DNA of 64,000 bases from Pseudovirgaria hyperparasitica. Taxonomy: Eukaryota. Below the pieces are notes generated by a model. The model saw only the letters and a list, made by a program, of their open reading frames with translations, was not told the DNA's origin and searched no databases. The stretch is taken from NCBI GenBank assembly GCA_010093815.1, contig ML996568.1; one strand, written 5' to 3'. The position numbers and the translations under genes were made by a program. Shown in pieces: positions 12,413 through 26,129 of this stretch (position 1 is its first letter; the number at the start of each line of letters is the position of its first letter).

Positions 12413-12967
12413 ATGCCCCGCACCCCAGGCGTCGGAGTCGGCGTGCTAATCACACGTCCGCACTCCACGCACCCCGCGCGCATCCTCCTCGGCCTGCGCA
12501 CCGGGTCCATTGGGGAGAACACATGGGCCCTACCCGGCGGACACCTCGAGTTCGGGGAGTCATTCACGGAATGTGCGGTGCGAGAAGTGCTCGAGGAGAC
12601 GGGCCTGCGGCTCGAGGTTGGGAGTTGTCGAGTATGTGCGACGGTGAGCACGGTGTGGGATGATGTGCGGGCTGAGGATGGGAGGGCGCATTATGTGACG
12701 GTGTTTGTTACGGGTCGGGTTAGTGGGGAGGACGAGGAGCAGGAGGCCAGGGTGAGTTTTGCGGGGCTTGGGGGGGGGGGAAGAGATGGGTGTGGAGCTG
12801 ACGGGAAGTAGATTATGGAGCCGGAGAGGTGCAAGGAGTGGCGGTGGATGGAGGTGGCGGATGTGAGGGGGTGGGCGCTCGAGCAGAGTAGAGGGGAGTC
12901 TGAAAGGGGGGAGAAATTGTTTCCTCCGATTGTGAGTTTGTTTACTCAGACTACGTATGGGAGTTGA
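12413..12967 (+). CDS. NUDIX hydrolase (NUDT15-like); intron 12752-12811
   Basis: Nudix box WALPGGHLEFGESFTECAVREVLEETGL; HYVTVF; spliced MEPERCKEWRW...LFPP. Confidence 0.88.
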
Positions 12968-13133
12968 TGCTCCGAGAAGGAGCATGGTAGTATCGAAACG
13001 ATGCGCAATAGCTATTAGGTCCTCCACAGGTTCATTTAAGAATCTACAACGGCTGCCTATAACTATAGTTATAGGCTTTGAGCAGATTGCCAATTGTTTC
13101 GCTTTTTGAAACAAAGGGCTTGTTGATGATCTT

Positions 13134-14668
13134 TTAGAAGCCAAAGCTTCGTTTAACAAATGCTACTACAGCCTCTGTTCCATTCGAGCTTGCGACATCC
13201 GGATCAGGGTAGTACCACGCAGCAACCGCTACGATCACGTACACAATCTGAAAAGCCGTATCAGTATCTCAGAAACGATATGAAGGAGCAGACTTACCAC
13301 TAGGAGAGCTCCTTCGAGATAGTTGGATTCGCCATCGCGCAAGAAGTTACCAACCACAAGAATCGACAAGACCAACAACGCAACCATGAATATCTCGAAG
13401 TTCAGGTCAATTCCCTTGCCCATGATCCAGCCAACTATCACGACCAAAGGCGCGTTGAACAGTGCTGTCTGGATCGATGGGCCGATGCAATGGAACAAGG
13501 CAAAGTTCTACTGATATCAGCATATATACCGAATGGTAAGGGGATTTGCCTTACAATTTGACCATCCCACGCTTCGTCCACCGCCGTCAAATGCTCCGCT
13601 GCTTTCTCTACCAGCGGCAGCAGAATCAAGCCTAGGAATTGGTCGGGCACACCAGATTCAACGACATCCTCAATCTTCTCAACCAAGAAGACAGCAAAAA
13701 GGGTTACCAAAACAATCGAAGCTGTGATGGCAACGATACATTCCACGAACGTGAGCTTTGGCTTGGCTAGATCATCACTGCGGTCGAGATCGGCATGCTC
13801 GTCTTGTTCCAAAACCTCATCAAAGATACTGTGTTGTGATCGCATGTTGAAAATGATGAAGCTACCACCAGTCAGCATTCGCACAGTCGACTATGTATCA
13901 CGGTTTGACAAACATGGCAAAGGCTATAATAAGCAAGATCGATGTGATCTGACTGACCCTCAAGACATCCTGTTGCAGAATCCTGTCAGTAAAGTGCTTG
14001 TGTGCCGAGATGCTGATCTTGGCGGAGCCTTTCAATGCAGAGTAGAAGGCGCTCGGAATCAGCAGTCCAAATCCGGCGACTAGCAGAATTCCGCTACCAA
14101 CTTCACTGATTGCCGAGTGGAACCTTTGTGTTGTCTGTCGAAGACCACCGACGAAGAAGCACATGCCCAGACAAAGCAACAGATTTGTCAGTATGCTACC
14201 AAGGATGGCTGCTTGAAGAACTGGGATCAGATTGCCATGTTCCGAGGATCCTTCTCCGTGCCCTGGCTTGTGTCGCACGACCAGGACGAGGAACAGAACA
14301 ATTTCGATGACAGATCCGAACGTGGTCTCCATCAATATCCCAGAGACTTTGGGCATCTTTCGTGCGAATTCTTGACCAGCAAAACCGAGCAGGTTGGCCG
14401 ACGGAACCATCGCTATGTACGCAAATGCAAAAATGAGAAGAGGGTGGTTGGGGAGGACGTAACGAAGAATGATGGCAACAGGTACAAAGGGCCATAGGAC
14501 ATTGACGGCCATTGAGACTTTGTTAGAGCTCTTCCATGACACGCTCAGGAAGTGACCCGGGTGGAAACCGCTGCGCCCAGATTCACCATCGGCGTGAATG
14601 TGTATGTTGGCAACGCGAGATAGCAGAGGAGTGCTTTCGCCATTCTCGACATCGCCGTGGTGAGGCAT
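13134..14668 (-). CDS. VCX1: Vacuolar Ca2+/H+ exchanger (CAX family); about 3 introns
   Basis: Multiple TM segments; AAILGSILTNLLL; FLGLILLPLVEKAAEH; GPSIQTALFNAP; DGESNYLEGALL. This is a family member; orthology is not established. Confidence 0.8.
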
Positions 14669-15444
14669 GGTGAGAGCTTGTCACTTCTGGAGCGTAGGTG
14701 ATAGGGTAAAGGACGTACGCAGCACTCAATGGCGGCGATGGAGCATTGTTGATGTTCTCGTCGTGCCAGGAGAGAAGTGTGGAGCAGACAGCGGTTGTAC
14801 TTTCTTCCGGCTTGGAAAGTCTCGTATTCCGTCTTGGCGATGCTCCTATTCTCCGTCCGATGCATCTTGGCTTCATCCCTTTCAAAGTCAAACTTTACCG
14901 TGGACCGTGTCCGATTTCTATCGATGTTCAAGGAAAAAGAGTGCTGTAGCCAAAGTCCTCTCCTGGTGTGTCGACCAGACCTGTCTGTTTCCGGCCTAGA
15001 CCGGCACTATTTATAGCTTTCACTTGGACGTGCAACTCAATTACCTACGTACTCTGAAGATCCTTGCACAACCTACAACACAACATGAGATACTGTTCCC
15101 ATTGCATAAAACAGATGTCCAGCTTCTACTATTTACCCGCAGCCAGGAAGCTGAACCTGTCTTCAACACTGTCACGCCTGGAAATATTCCTGGCATCTTC
15201 CCAGGGTGGCAAGCTAAAGGATCTAGTTCAATGAAAGTGGCTTATTGAGATCTCTTTCCAGCATGAATCCAACTTTTACTAACGATCGCTGCTGACGACC
15301 TACTCATCTAGTCTCATCCTGCCGGCCGCAGTATGGTGAAGTCATGTTGTCTACTTTGTCCTTAAGTATGCCTGCTGGGTCCCCCCAGGTTCTTGGCTTG
15401 CATATTACCGTTTTCTGGCAAATCGAGGCGCATAATTTTCTCAA

Positions 15445-16635
15445 ATGCATGCGACTTCGGTATCATCAGCAGTATTCCTGGCCCTCATAGCTATTGTGGA
15501 TGCAAATCAAGGATCATTCGCCCCTTTGACCAAACGAGAGCTCGACAAGCCAGTCATTCAGCCACCCTTTTACGACAACAAACTCGTTCCTGCTCTCAAT
15601 GAGTCGCTCCAAACAACCGAGCATACCATAGACCTATGGGCCAACAACTCGATCCCGTCAATATGTAAGAGCGCAATCGAAGAACAGGCCGTCGACGGCG
15701 TCCTCCTGACCAGCGGCCCGGTCGAAGTCTTCAGCGTAACCTACGCAGACTGCGACACGCCGTGGATCATGTGTCGCCATCCAACAGCAAGCGCGTCACG
15801 ACAGACCATGGCCGAACTGTTCGGCAAGCTGCCCGTACGACATCGCTCGTTCGTGCGCCATCTGTCGGCAGCAGGCGGAGACTCGGGCGCATACAGCTCT
15901 GGCGACAACGTCTTCATGGCCGGGGACAGTAGTCTGGCAGTCACTGTGTATGGTCACGAAGTTGGACATAGTCTGGACGCGCATTTCTTCGGCAACGAGA
16001 CGGGCTTCACGGAGACGGATGCGTGGCTGGAGGCGTACGATGAGGATGAGGTTGTAGTGCAGGATTACGCCCAGGCAAGCCAGGCAGAGGTATGTTCAGG
16101 CGTCTCTCACACTTACTCATCTGCTCAATAATTGTATCCTGTCCTGGTCCGGTGCGTACTAACGCGTCCAGAACTTTGCCCAGATGGTCAACGTCGCCAT
16201 CTACACCCTCAACTTCCCCGGCGGCATCGCAAATCTCGCCCCAAACTGGCAGCAGTTCTCCCATATGCTCGACCTCATGACCAACGAGCTCAAGGACGTC
16301 TTGACGCAGGGCGGCGAGTGCCGCAATCGGCTCGAGAACAGCCCACTCGTCTCAAAAAGCGGGTTTGGCAGTCAGACATCATCCGTATTATCGTCGGAAT
16401 CCTCATCTACGGTGATGACTATCGCAAGCCCAACGTCAAGTCCAGCCCCAGGGACACGGACACGAGCATTACACCGACGACAACGACAGCACCAAGCGAA
16501 ATAACAACAGCCACAGCACCATCAAGCACAGATACACCAGGCTCCGCACCATCCTCACCACACCCAGTCACCACACGTATCACGTCTATCCTAAGCGCGA
16601 TAATATCGCTTCAGCTATGGTGGCATTTAATCTAA
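15445..16635 (+). CDS. Secreted con-13-like protein with HExxH motif and Ser/Thr-rich tail; intron 16090-16170; apparent frameshift near 16452
   Basis: Signal peptide; VTYADCDTPWIMCRH; GKLPVRHRSFVRH; HEVGHSLD; DYAQASQAE|NFAQ; C..RLENSPLV. The S/T tail and hydrophobic end lie in another frame. Confidence 0.7.
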
Positions 16636-17596
16636 CGCGCGAAGCAGAACTCATATATAACATATAGACATGAAACACGAAAAGTAAATACAACATTTCC
16701 ACATAACACGCACCCGTCTCCGTAATCGTGTCATCTCATCACAAGCAAAAACAAGCAGAAAACGAACCAAGACACCCAGAGTATTGGGATATTGACCGAT
16801 ATCTCGCTTATATGCCGTGCACTGCTGTCGAAACGCAGTGGAAATTGGTATGTCGGCGCGCACGCGCGCGCGTGGAACTGTGGAACGTCGCACGGCGTCC
16901 TCGTCAGCACAGATTGAAAGACAGGGCCAGGGAGGTAGAGGGGGAGAGAGAGAGACGCGCAACGTAACGTCAGGAGACGAATTTGGGACGCAAAGAAAAC
17001 AGGAAAAAGTCGGAGAAAGGGAATAGGGGAAAGAGACGAATTGCTATCACGACGCGACGTGAAGACGCATAACCAAAATAGCAGCCTCGGACGAAGACAA
17101 TCTACAGTACACACTACAGTGCAGTACCGTATGGCAAAGCACAGCACAGTACACATTTCCCACCAAGCATTCATTGCTCCTACTACTGCTACTACTGCTA
17201 CTGATACTAATACAACACAGAAAATAGGCAGAATCCGGAACTCTCCCAAATTCCACGTGCCGTTACCCTGCTGATGCGCAATGCGTCAAGCTTTGTGCCA
17301 TGGATTCGGGGGAAGGGGGTGTTTGGAAAGAGATATATATGTATGTGTATGTAAAACAGGAGCGGATGAGCACTGTGGTGCCAGTCCGCTGGTCATGAAG
17401 CGAAGAGACGAGAAGAGAAGAGGAATTGGAGTTTCGGGTTTGTGGCGGTGGTCGAGAAGAAGAAGATGATGATGATGATGAAGGGGAAGAAGAAGAAGAG
17501 GAAGAATAACCAAAAAAAAAGGAGTAAAACCTCCACGAACAGAATCCACACACCAGGGCGAAGGAACCACAAAAAAGGGGGAGACCCGACGAAGAT

Positions 17597-18733
17597 CTAC
17601 TCGTCGCTCCCGTCATCCCCATAGCCAGCATACCCATCATCCTCACCACTCCCATCATCCTCACCACCACCACCATACCCAGCACCACCACCCGTCCCCG
17701 CACCCCCGCCCAGCGTCTCCGTAGTCATACTCCCCGCCCCACAAAGCTGCACCCACCCATCCAACTCCAACGTCTTGACAATCGTCGAGAACCCCGCCGC
17801 GCCATCCCCACCGCCCCTCTCCTCCCCACACACATCCGACGAAACCTCCTCCTCCCCCTCCGACGTCTTCTTGGCCGTCGCATCACCGCCATTCGCGCCG
17901 GGATACTCAATGTTAAACACAGCCTTGCCGGCCCCGATGAACGGCTGCCAGAGCCCGCACTCGGCGTACTCGTGGCACTGCTCGTTGACGACAAACTGGG
18001 TGAAGGCGAGCGCGGAGGGAACGAGGTCGGCGGCGTTCTTGAGGCCGGTTGAGAGGCCGAGGCTGGCGGCGTGGGCGGCGAGGGTCTGCAGGTAGGCTGA
18101 TGCGTCGGCGGATGTGATTTGCAGGCCGCAGTCGTTTGCCTGTAACGCATGTCAGCAGGGGTTTTCGATGATGATGAAAGCGGGAAGCTTTCCAGGCAAA
18201 AACCCAAAAAAACAGTTGAAGAAGATGAAAGAAAAAGGAAGAAGAAAGGAAGAAAGAAGCCATACATAGCCATCCAAATTATCCGGATCCACGGCATCAC
18301 ACCCCTTCTCCGCCGCCACCCGCACCCGCGCCTCCATAATCCGCACCACATTCCCGCTCCGCACGTCCACCCACCGCTCATCCGGCCACCCATCCATGAC
18401 GGCGCCCAGATCCCCGTCCGCAAACTGGTCCGAGTCCGGGCGGCCGGGCTCGTAGGAGCCGGCGCTGAAGTAGCAGACGACCTTTTTGCCGCGGGCGTGC
18501 AGGGCGGCGATGGTGGCGGCCGAGGTGCCGAACATGTCGACGTCGTAGACGTCTACGTCGGGGGTGAGCGGGGTGGAGGGGGAGGTCGGGATGGCGATGA
18601 TGTCGGAGAGGATGATTTGCCAGGTTGTGCCCGGGGTGGGGTGCCAGAGGTCTTTTGTGCGGGGGGCGAGGGGGTGGGCGGTTGTGAGGGATGTGTAGAG
18701 GGCGAGGGCGGTGGTGAGGGTTGTGGCGAGCAT
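17597..18733 (-). CDS. Glycoside hydrolase family 114 (endo-alpha-1,4-polygalactosaminidase-like); intron ~18141-18265
   Basis: Signal peptide; WQIIL, VYDVDMF, VVCYFSAGSYE, GWPDERWVDVR, KGCDAVDPDNLDGY, GLKNA, VNEQC.EY.EC, VFNIEY; Gly/Asp-rich tail. Confidence 0.9.
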
Positions 18734-20911
18734 GGTTGTGGTGGTGGATGTTGGTGTGTTTTGTTTTGGTTTGTTTTGTTAGGGGGAAGGTAGTGGTAGT
18801 AGTATCAAAAACGAGGTTTTGAAATTGGGCCTTTTGGAGAATCGAATTTCAGATTTTAAAGGAATGAATGACTGCTAGAACCAAGCTAGAATGTGAATAT
18901 GATTGATCGATGGTAGTAGTAAGGAGTGACAGAAGCAGCTTCTAGAGCGCGTAGTTGGAAACGGCGGCGGTGGGGGGAGGAAAGGAATGTGAGCGGCCTT
19001 TTGAAGGGTAGCTGGTGGTGGTGAAGATATCCAGAAAACGCGCGGGCCAAAAGCATATTTAAACAAAGAAAACTGATACACCCAGACGCGGAATCCTCCA
19101 AACTCCACAAGAGACCGATCCAATCGTGGCTGCATGCCAATCCCAATCCATGCCAGGTAGGGGTCGGGCGTAGGTTTGGCGTAACGGGACGGACGTCCTG
19201 TAAGCGGTCAAACCAAGCCAAAAGGTCAAGTCAGAGTCAAGCCACCCTCCCACCGTGCAATTAAACATAACGGCAGAACACAGACAGACCCCTAAGGCTT
19301 TTGTTTGGGAGGGTTTTTGTTTTCGCAACGCACGCACGCAAGGTTCAGACTCATCCATCGTCATACATCCATGCCCTGGCATTCCCTTCTGCCCTTGCGT
19401 TTGAAACAAGGCAGCATCCTAGACGGAGACCCGACCCTCCTAAGCGCCGCCCCGGAATCTGGACATCGATCGCGTAGACGAACGATCGCCTTCTTGTTGC
19501 GCCCGTGTTGCGCCCGTGTGCTGTGCTGTGTGCTGTGCTGTGATTTGTGATGTGTGTGATCGGTCCGTCCATCCATCCATATCTATCCGTCCATCTATCA
19601 GATACCCCAGATTAAGTTATCGATACCAGCCCGTTCGGAAGATATAGTCCATGTGGCTCATGGATCTGCAGTATCTGGTCCATCCATCCATACATGCATA
19701 CATACATACATACATACATGCATAAACAGGCTTAAGATCATCATCCTCACATCCCATCCGGTTCCAACATATCGTCACGCAACGCCACACCTCGCACGAC
19801 AAGAACGCCCCAAACAGCCGTAAAAAGGGAATGTCCGTGGATATTGCACATATGTCGTGTCGTGGTCGTGGTCGTGCAATGTAGCGCAGACACGACAAAT
19901 TTGATCTTGCTGCGTGTGTGTACCTTACCTACCTTGCCTACCTTGCTTGCTCGCTTGCTTGAACCACGACAAAGTTGAAGTTGAGAAAGTAAAAGGGAAA
20001 TCTCACGATAGACCTTCTCTGTACTTCCGCACACTCTTTCGCATCCAAGAGAATTTGTATGCGGGAGGCCCTTACATGCGCCGCCCAGATTCTAACCTAT
20101 GAGACAAAAAGAAGGCGCGTGAAAGGAGAGGGCGCCATGTTTCAAAACAAAAAACCGATTAGATCCATCGACTCCTGCATGGATTACCCCTGGTCTACCG
20201 TGCGTTTCACGTTTCATAATCCTCACATCTCACCTTTCTCATCTTACATCTTGCATCTGCAGCTCAATCTCACATCTCAGCTTTTTTCGCCTTGTCTCGC
20301 CATGCTAGTCTGATTAAACTACGCGCCCGCCGCGCCGTCGTTAGCCGCGCCGTGGCATCTGCAGCATATCACGTCTGCATCTGCAGTACAGTGCATGCAA
20401 GGCTGTCTTGTTGTCCCATCCTGTCTTGTTTTCCCATCCCATCCTGTCCCATTGTTATATCATCCTGTCCGACCCCGACCCCAACACCGACACCCACACG
20501 ACATCATTCATGACGAGTCTTAGGCTCCGCTCACTCATTAGACGACAGACTTACATTTGGACATTCGTGCGATGACCTGGCCTGGCTAGCTAGCTAGGGG
20601 CTAATCAATTAATTAGGCAGAGTTTAGATTGAAAGAGGGAGGGGAGGAAGGGAGGGAAACTAGTGGTGTTTTGCCCTGCATGCCATTGCCATGGATGCTA
20701 ATCCATACATGCGCCTAAGGTATGCAGATCACAAACACGTGTATATATATATATATATATATGGATATCACGTGCTGCTTATGATGAATAGAGATCCCCG
20801 TGCCCTAGGACTCAGTACATATAGTACGGATTATAAACTACTTATGACAAAGGTAGGTACTACTGGATCATGGCATATTCGATCTGGATTTGGCGTTGTG
20901 TGTGTGAGGTA

Positions 20912-21152
20912 TGTAAGGATGTGTGTGTGAGTGATTGAGTGATTGAGTGATTGGTTGAGTGAGTGATGTGAGTGATGTGAGTGATGTGAGTGATGTGAGT
21001 GATGTGAGGGATGTGAGTGATGTGAGTGATGTGAGTGATGTGAGTGATTGAGTGATTGAGTGATTGGTTGAGTGAGTGATGTGAGTGATGTGAGTGATGT
21101 GAGTGATGTAAGGATGTGTGTGTGAGTGATTGAGTGATGTGAGTGATGTGAG
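20912..21152. repeat. Compound minisatellite of GTGAGTGAT (9-mer) and GAGTGATT units with higher-order duplication
   Basis: Directly visible tandem array; the block GTAAGGATGTGTGTGTGAGTGATTGAGTGAT occurs twice. Confidence 0.9.
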
Positions 21153-22077
21153 CGAGTACGCAAGGACAAAGGCTCGTATATAAATGGGCACAACTTGTGT
21201 TTATCTAGATTTGGGCCGTCTTTGTATTGATGTGGGATATGGTATGGGTATTTATGGAGGTGGGCCTGTAGTGTGTGGTAGATATATCCCATCCCAGCTC
21301 GTTATTTCCCATCCCATCCCGTCGCATTGCGGGATAGCGTGTCGCGTGTCCCATGTCCAGCTTACGGACAAAAACACTAATCTATCTTGATATATTATAT
21401 ACAAGAAATCCCCCGAGCTGGCTAAACATTTGACCTATCCAGCTCTCGCCGTAGTGCGATCGCATATCATGCCATCCTCACTTCTCGCGCAGTTTCTCCA
21501 CGCACGATCTACGCGCTGCATGCCTCACGTCTCCCGCACGTGGCATCGCAGCAGCGGCCTTGGTCGTCGTAGATACGATACATTCCTTGCCCCGCGTCTC
21601 GCTTTCTGGAGGCCATGTTCGCTGATACGATGTCCAGCCTCTCCTGGCCGTCTGCGCTTATTCTTCTTCCACATGCACTCAGTTCCCGACAATCAATGGT
21701 CTCGCCTCCATGGTCTCGTGGTTCGGTCGAGTTTCTTCTGCCGGATGTGGGTCTGGTATCGCACACGGGTTATCTAGACTTGGCGGCGACGATGATGTGG
21801 TCGGGACAGCGTAGATCGTGTGATGTCGTCCCGGAGACGAAGGATTTAGATAAGGCCTGGTTAGTAACGGCACTTGGGAAAGTTTAGCCGATAGTGGGTT
21901 TGCATCAATTTCGATATAATGGATCCACAGGCCCACGTCTGCTGGAAAGGATGCAAGACAAGCCCAGACGACTCAATACGCCAGGACGTCGACAAAAAGA
22001 GCCAAGGAGGGGTATCCTGCAAAACGGCTGTACGCAAGCCCAGCAATCACATAAAAGAACGCCAGAAAACCCGCATA

Positions 22078-24634
22078 TCACCTCCTGTCAGGATCCGCCT
22101 CGGGGGTGGCCGTGGCCTCACTCTGAAGGTGATAGGACGACGACGAGTCTATAGAGCTGAGCGTCGACCGCACATCGCTCAGCTCGCTCATGGCAAGAAT
22201 GGAGACATCGCTAGTCATCGAGTCGCGGATGGCGCTCGAGGGAAGGCCTTGGCCGGCAGGTTGCGGCCGCATGCCCGTCTTCCGGATGTGGTCCCGCATC
22301 CGGCGCATGGACGAAAGGTCGAATGAGCTGTTCGAGGAGGCCAGAGAGGACGCAAGGGTGGGGTGGAACGAGTTGCGCTTGTTCTCGACGGCCGGCGCGT
22401 CATTCTTGTTGAGTATCTCGGCGGAGAAGCGAGGAGCGCTGGTGGCCGGCCTGGACATGGGAGGAGGCATCTCTGTCGGTTTCTTGTCCTGAGACTTGCG
22501 CGACTTTTCCTTGACCGGCTTGTTGGTTTCGGGAATCTTGAGCTTGAACGTTCGCTCGACAATCTCAAAGGCGGCTTCCTTGATGCCCTTTTGCTGAAAG
22601 GCCTGGTTCGTGAACAGCAGACCTGAAGATCTGCGATAGGCAAACTCTCTCAGAAACACCCGGCCTAGACTGTAGTCGTCCTTCTCCGTCAACTTCTTCG
22701 AGCTCTTGTACATGTTCTTGACACGTTTCGACGACCCCGAAAGCGCAGAGAGGGCCGAGTTGCTATCTTTGCCAATCATGGTGCAGACCGAGATGAGCAG
22801 CTCGGTTGGCGATATGCCCATGCGCGTCTCGGTGTCGGTGATCCAGCTTTGCGTCATGGCATTGTCCGGCTTGAAGTCGAGCGCAACAAGGCGTTCCCAT
22901 AGCGTTGCGAATAAGAACAGCGACTTTTCGCCGCTCGACGGGAATGCGCCATTGCCAACCTTGCCTCCGTCCCTCGCCGACGAGCTCATGTCTTCCAACT
23001 CGATTGTGCACCATTCCAGGCACGAGCGGAGGCAAGGCACGCCCATGATGCCATCCTTGAGTTCAAACGGGCCGGGGATGCGATGCAGGATGACATCATC
23101 GCGAGCCTGCTCTACAGCCGAAGACGGAAAGGCAAAAGCGTACCAGGTGCTCCAGTCGAGTTCGCAGACCCAGACCAGGTGATAGGTCAGAAGGTCAAGA
23201 GTGCGATCGCTGTTGGGCAGCTGGGCGAAGAAATCCGTGGCTTTCCCGCGCTGGCGAGCGCGATTCATGTGACGGTTTTCCTTTGTCGTTTCAAAGTCGA
23301 GTCCGTGGCTGCGGATCGTGGTCATGGCGATGGTCATGTCGATGAGGAACATCTCCAACGCGGCGAGTCGAGAATATCGCACACCAGTCTCCTCGTCCTC
23401 GAACGAGCTCTCGGCCGAGACTTGGTTTAGCAGACTGCGAATAATCTCGCAATGTGTCTCCAGGTAGACATTGCGGCCGTAGATCAGGGTTGACCAGAAC
23501 GTTTTCCGGTCCTGTGCGGGGTTATGGCAGCGCGCGACATGCCACTTGATGACGATCGTGTAGAGCGAAAAGACGGCATCGTTGAGCTGGAAGGCGTCGA
23601 GGAACTGGGCGACCTGGATAATGTTGCGAATGTCCTCTTCGGTGTAGTCTTCGATGAGGCGATTGGTATCAAACGGCCGAGCGATGTCTCGCGCGATTGA
23701 CGGCACGTCCAGGCTGAGGCGACCAAACTCGGCAAAGGTGAATGTTTCCTCGGTGTGCTCGGCAACGGGCGGAAGACCACCAGTCACGTCCTGGTCGCCT
23801 TTGACGGACTTTGAGCTCGAACTCGAGGTTGACCGTCCGGCGCTCAGACGGGCATAATGCGAATCCGGGTCCGGCTTTGGGACAATGCTTGGCCGGCGCG
23901 ACTGACTCGAATCGTCGGTGGGCAGCGGCGGTGAATGGGTGCCGAATTGCGAGCGGTCTGGCGAGTGGTATTTGATAGAGGCGTCGCCATCGTCCCACTG
24001 CCGATCGCCATCCCGCTGCTTCTTCTTGGTCGGACCAGCAGTCGAGGTGGAGCCCGTCGAGCTCTGGATACTCCGTGGACGTTTGTCAGGACCCTCTTCG
24101 TCGAGAAAGTGCTGAAAGTGATGGGGAGTTGGAGTTGGTTCGGAGGCGGTTGGCGGGGAAGTAGTAGTAGTAGTGGTGGTGGTGGTGGTGGTGTTATTAT
24201 AGGTAGTATAGGTAGTACTGGCACCGGGCGTGATGATGTTTGGAGACTGGCTGTGCCCCGCGCGATCTGCCAGAGTGGCCGACGACTGGTTCCTACCGGG
24301 CTTTTGCAGATCCCACTTTTCAAACTGAAAGACATATTGTCGCCGTCTTTTGTTCGGGCGGGGATGGAGTCAGCAGGGATGATGGCAGCAGGAGAATGAT
24401 GGTAGGAGTAGCACGACGATGACGGGGATGGATGACGGAGTGGAAAGGGCGGGGGCATACGTACGAAGGCGTAAAGCCATATTTGTTCTTCATCGTCTCC
24501 ATCAGGCAGCGCAGGGTCATTGACTGGTACAGCTGGGTGATCTCGGCTCGGTGCTGATCCCACTCTTGGGGCGATATGCGTTTAGCACGTGGAGCTGAGG
24601 TGCCGCGCCATTGCAGCTCGATGGGCGTGGCCAT
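22078..24634 (-). CDS. Clr5-domain protein (N-terminal Clr5, unassigned C-terminus); one intron after GFTPS
   Basis: ISPQEWDQHRAEITQLYQSMTLRCLMETMKNKYGFTPS, then RRQYVFQFEKWDLQK, reading continuously into the 569-aa ORF. Confidence 0.8.
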
Positions 24635-26080
24635 GGTGGTGATGGTGGTGAGGGAGAGGATGTGAGAGTAGAGACAGGATGCGATGGATGTAGTCTCGAG
24701 AGCAGGATAGAAGAGCGTCAAAGCAGGAGGTTCGACGACGACGACGACGACGACGACACTTTGCGCCGCAGAGCAAAAGGACGTCGACAGCGGACAGAAG
24801 AGTAGAGTGAGGATAGAGGCATGTGAAGAAGCAGTAGTAGTCGAATGAATAATGAATGAATCTGTGGTTGTAGTAGTCGTAGTAAGCAGCACAAAGGACC
24901 CTGACAGCGCAGGAAAAAGCGTAGGATTCTATGGGGCCGCCCGCGTTCGCCGTCGTCGCCACCACGACAGGAACAGGGAAGGGGAGTTGTGGATGTAGAT
25001 GTGGTTGTTGTAGTGTGTGTAGTGGTTGATAGTGAGTGAGTGAGTGAATGAGTAGTAAGTAGTAGGTAAGTGGTAAGATATTATGCGGTAAGTGTGTGTG
25101 TGTGTGTGTGTGCGAGTGCTCAAACGTGGTCTTCTCCCCCTCTCCCCTCTCCCCTCTCCACTCACTGTCCTCCCTCCCCCTCGTCCCCCCAAACTTCGGG
25201 CGGCGGGGTCACAATCAAGCAAAGCAGGTAGACTCTCTACTACCGTACTACTACTCTCCAAGTGAAATTAAGCAACAGCCAGCGGGCGGAGTGGGCGTTG
25301 CTGCAAAGTGAGCGGGGTGGGCCGGCGAAGTGTGTGCAGCGATGCCATATCAGTCCTGGCACACGCGCATTTTGCAGTGACCAGTCGTGCCAGGCAGGGG
25401 GGGGGGGGCATTGATCAGAGAGATGCTGGGGAGTCAAGAGTCAGTGTTAGAGTCCAGTGCCTTGGCTCGGGCTCCCGTATATGCTAGGTAATAATTAGTT
25501 AACTAGGTATTACTGCCGACTGCTGCATAGATGATGCATATGATGATAATACATGCTGATGTGACGCTGGTGTGAGTTGCGACACCTCCAGGGGCTGACA
25601 CACTCGACACTCGACACTTGACGCTTGGCTGTGTGTATGTGTATGTACATGTCTAGATGGTAATTAACTACACCATCTTTCATCCACACATGCTAGTCTA
25701 TCAGTCTGTCGAGGGATGCGCCGGCGTGGAGGCATGACTTGCATATACTCTCACTACGCCCGCCAGCAAAAAGCACGCATACACACCACCACCCGCATAA
25801 ACAACATTCATCACAATACACACACAAAGCCCACCAGTGACAGCGACTGTGATGCAAGCCATTTGCAGCTAAGCTCCTACTACCACCACCCGCTACATCC
25901 TACGCCATGTGTAAGCCCGGAATAGCCCTTTTATAGCGCGAACTCTTTGCATATATGCATACATGCATACATTCATACATACACACTACACTGTTACTGT
26001 ATCGCTAGCTATCTCACTTGACAGTCATCCCGCCCATCCTTCATCCTTTGCCGCTCGGACCTGCATCCTACCGGAATATC

Positions 26081-26129
26081 CCACAGTCCACAGTCCACAA
26101 TCCACAGTCCACAGTCCACACAGTCCACA
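26081..26129. repeat. CCACAGT heptamer tandem repeat
   Basis: Directly visible; same unit family as the array at ~32860. Confidence 0.8.

Noticed and set aside
14545..14931. N-terminal extension of the Ca/H exchanger
   Set aside because: The splice combinations I tried hit a stop or shift frame.
17597..18733. Galactosaminogalactan biosynthesis cluster
   Set aside because: Only GH114 is present; no neighbouring synthase, epimerase, deacetylase or spherulin-4 gene.
18800..22050. Many short ORFs, including His/Ser-rich ones at 20831-21292
   Set aside because: Translations of microsatellites with no recognisable domains or splice structure.
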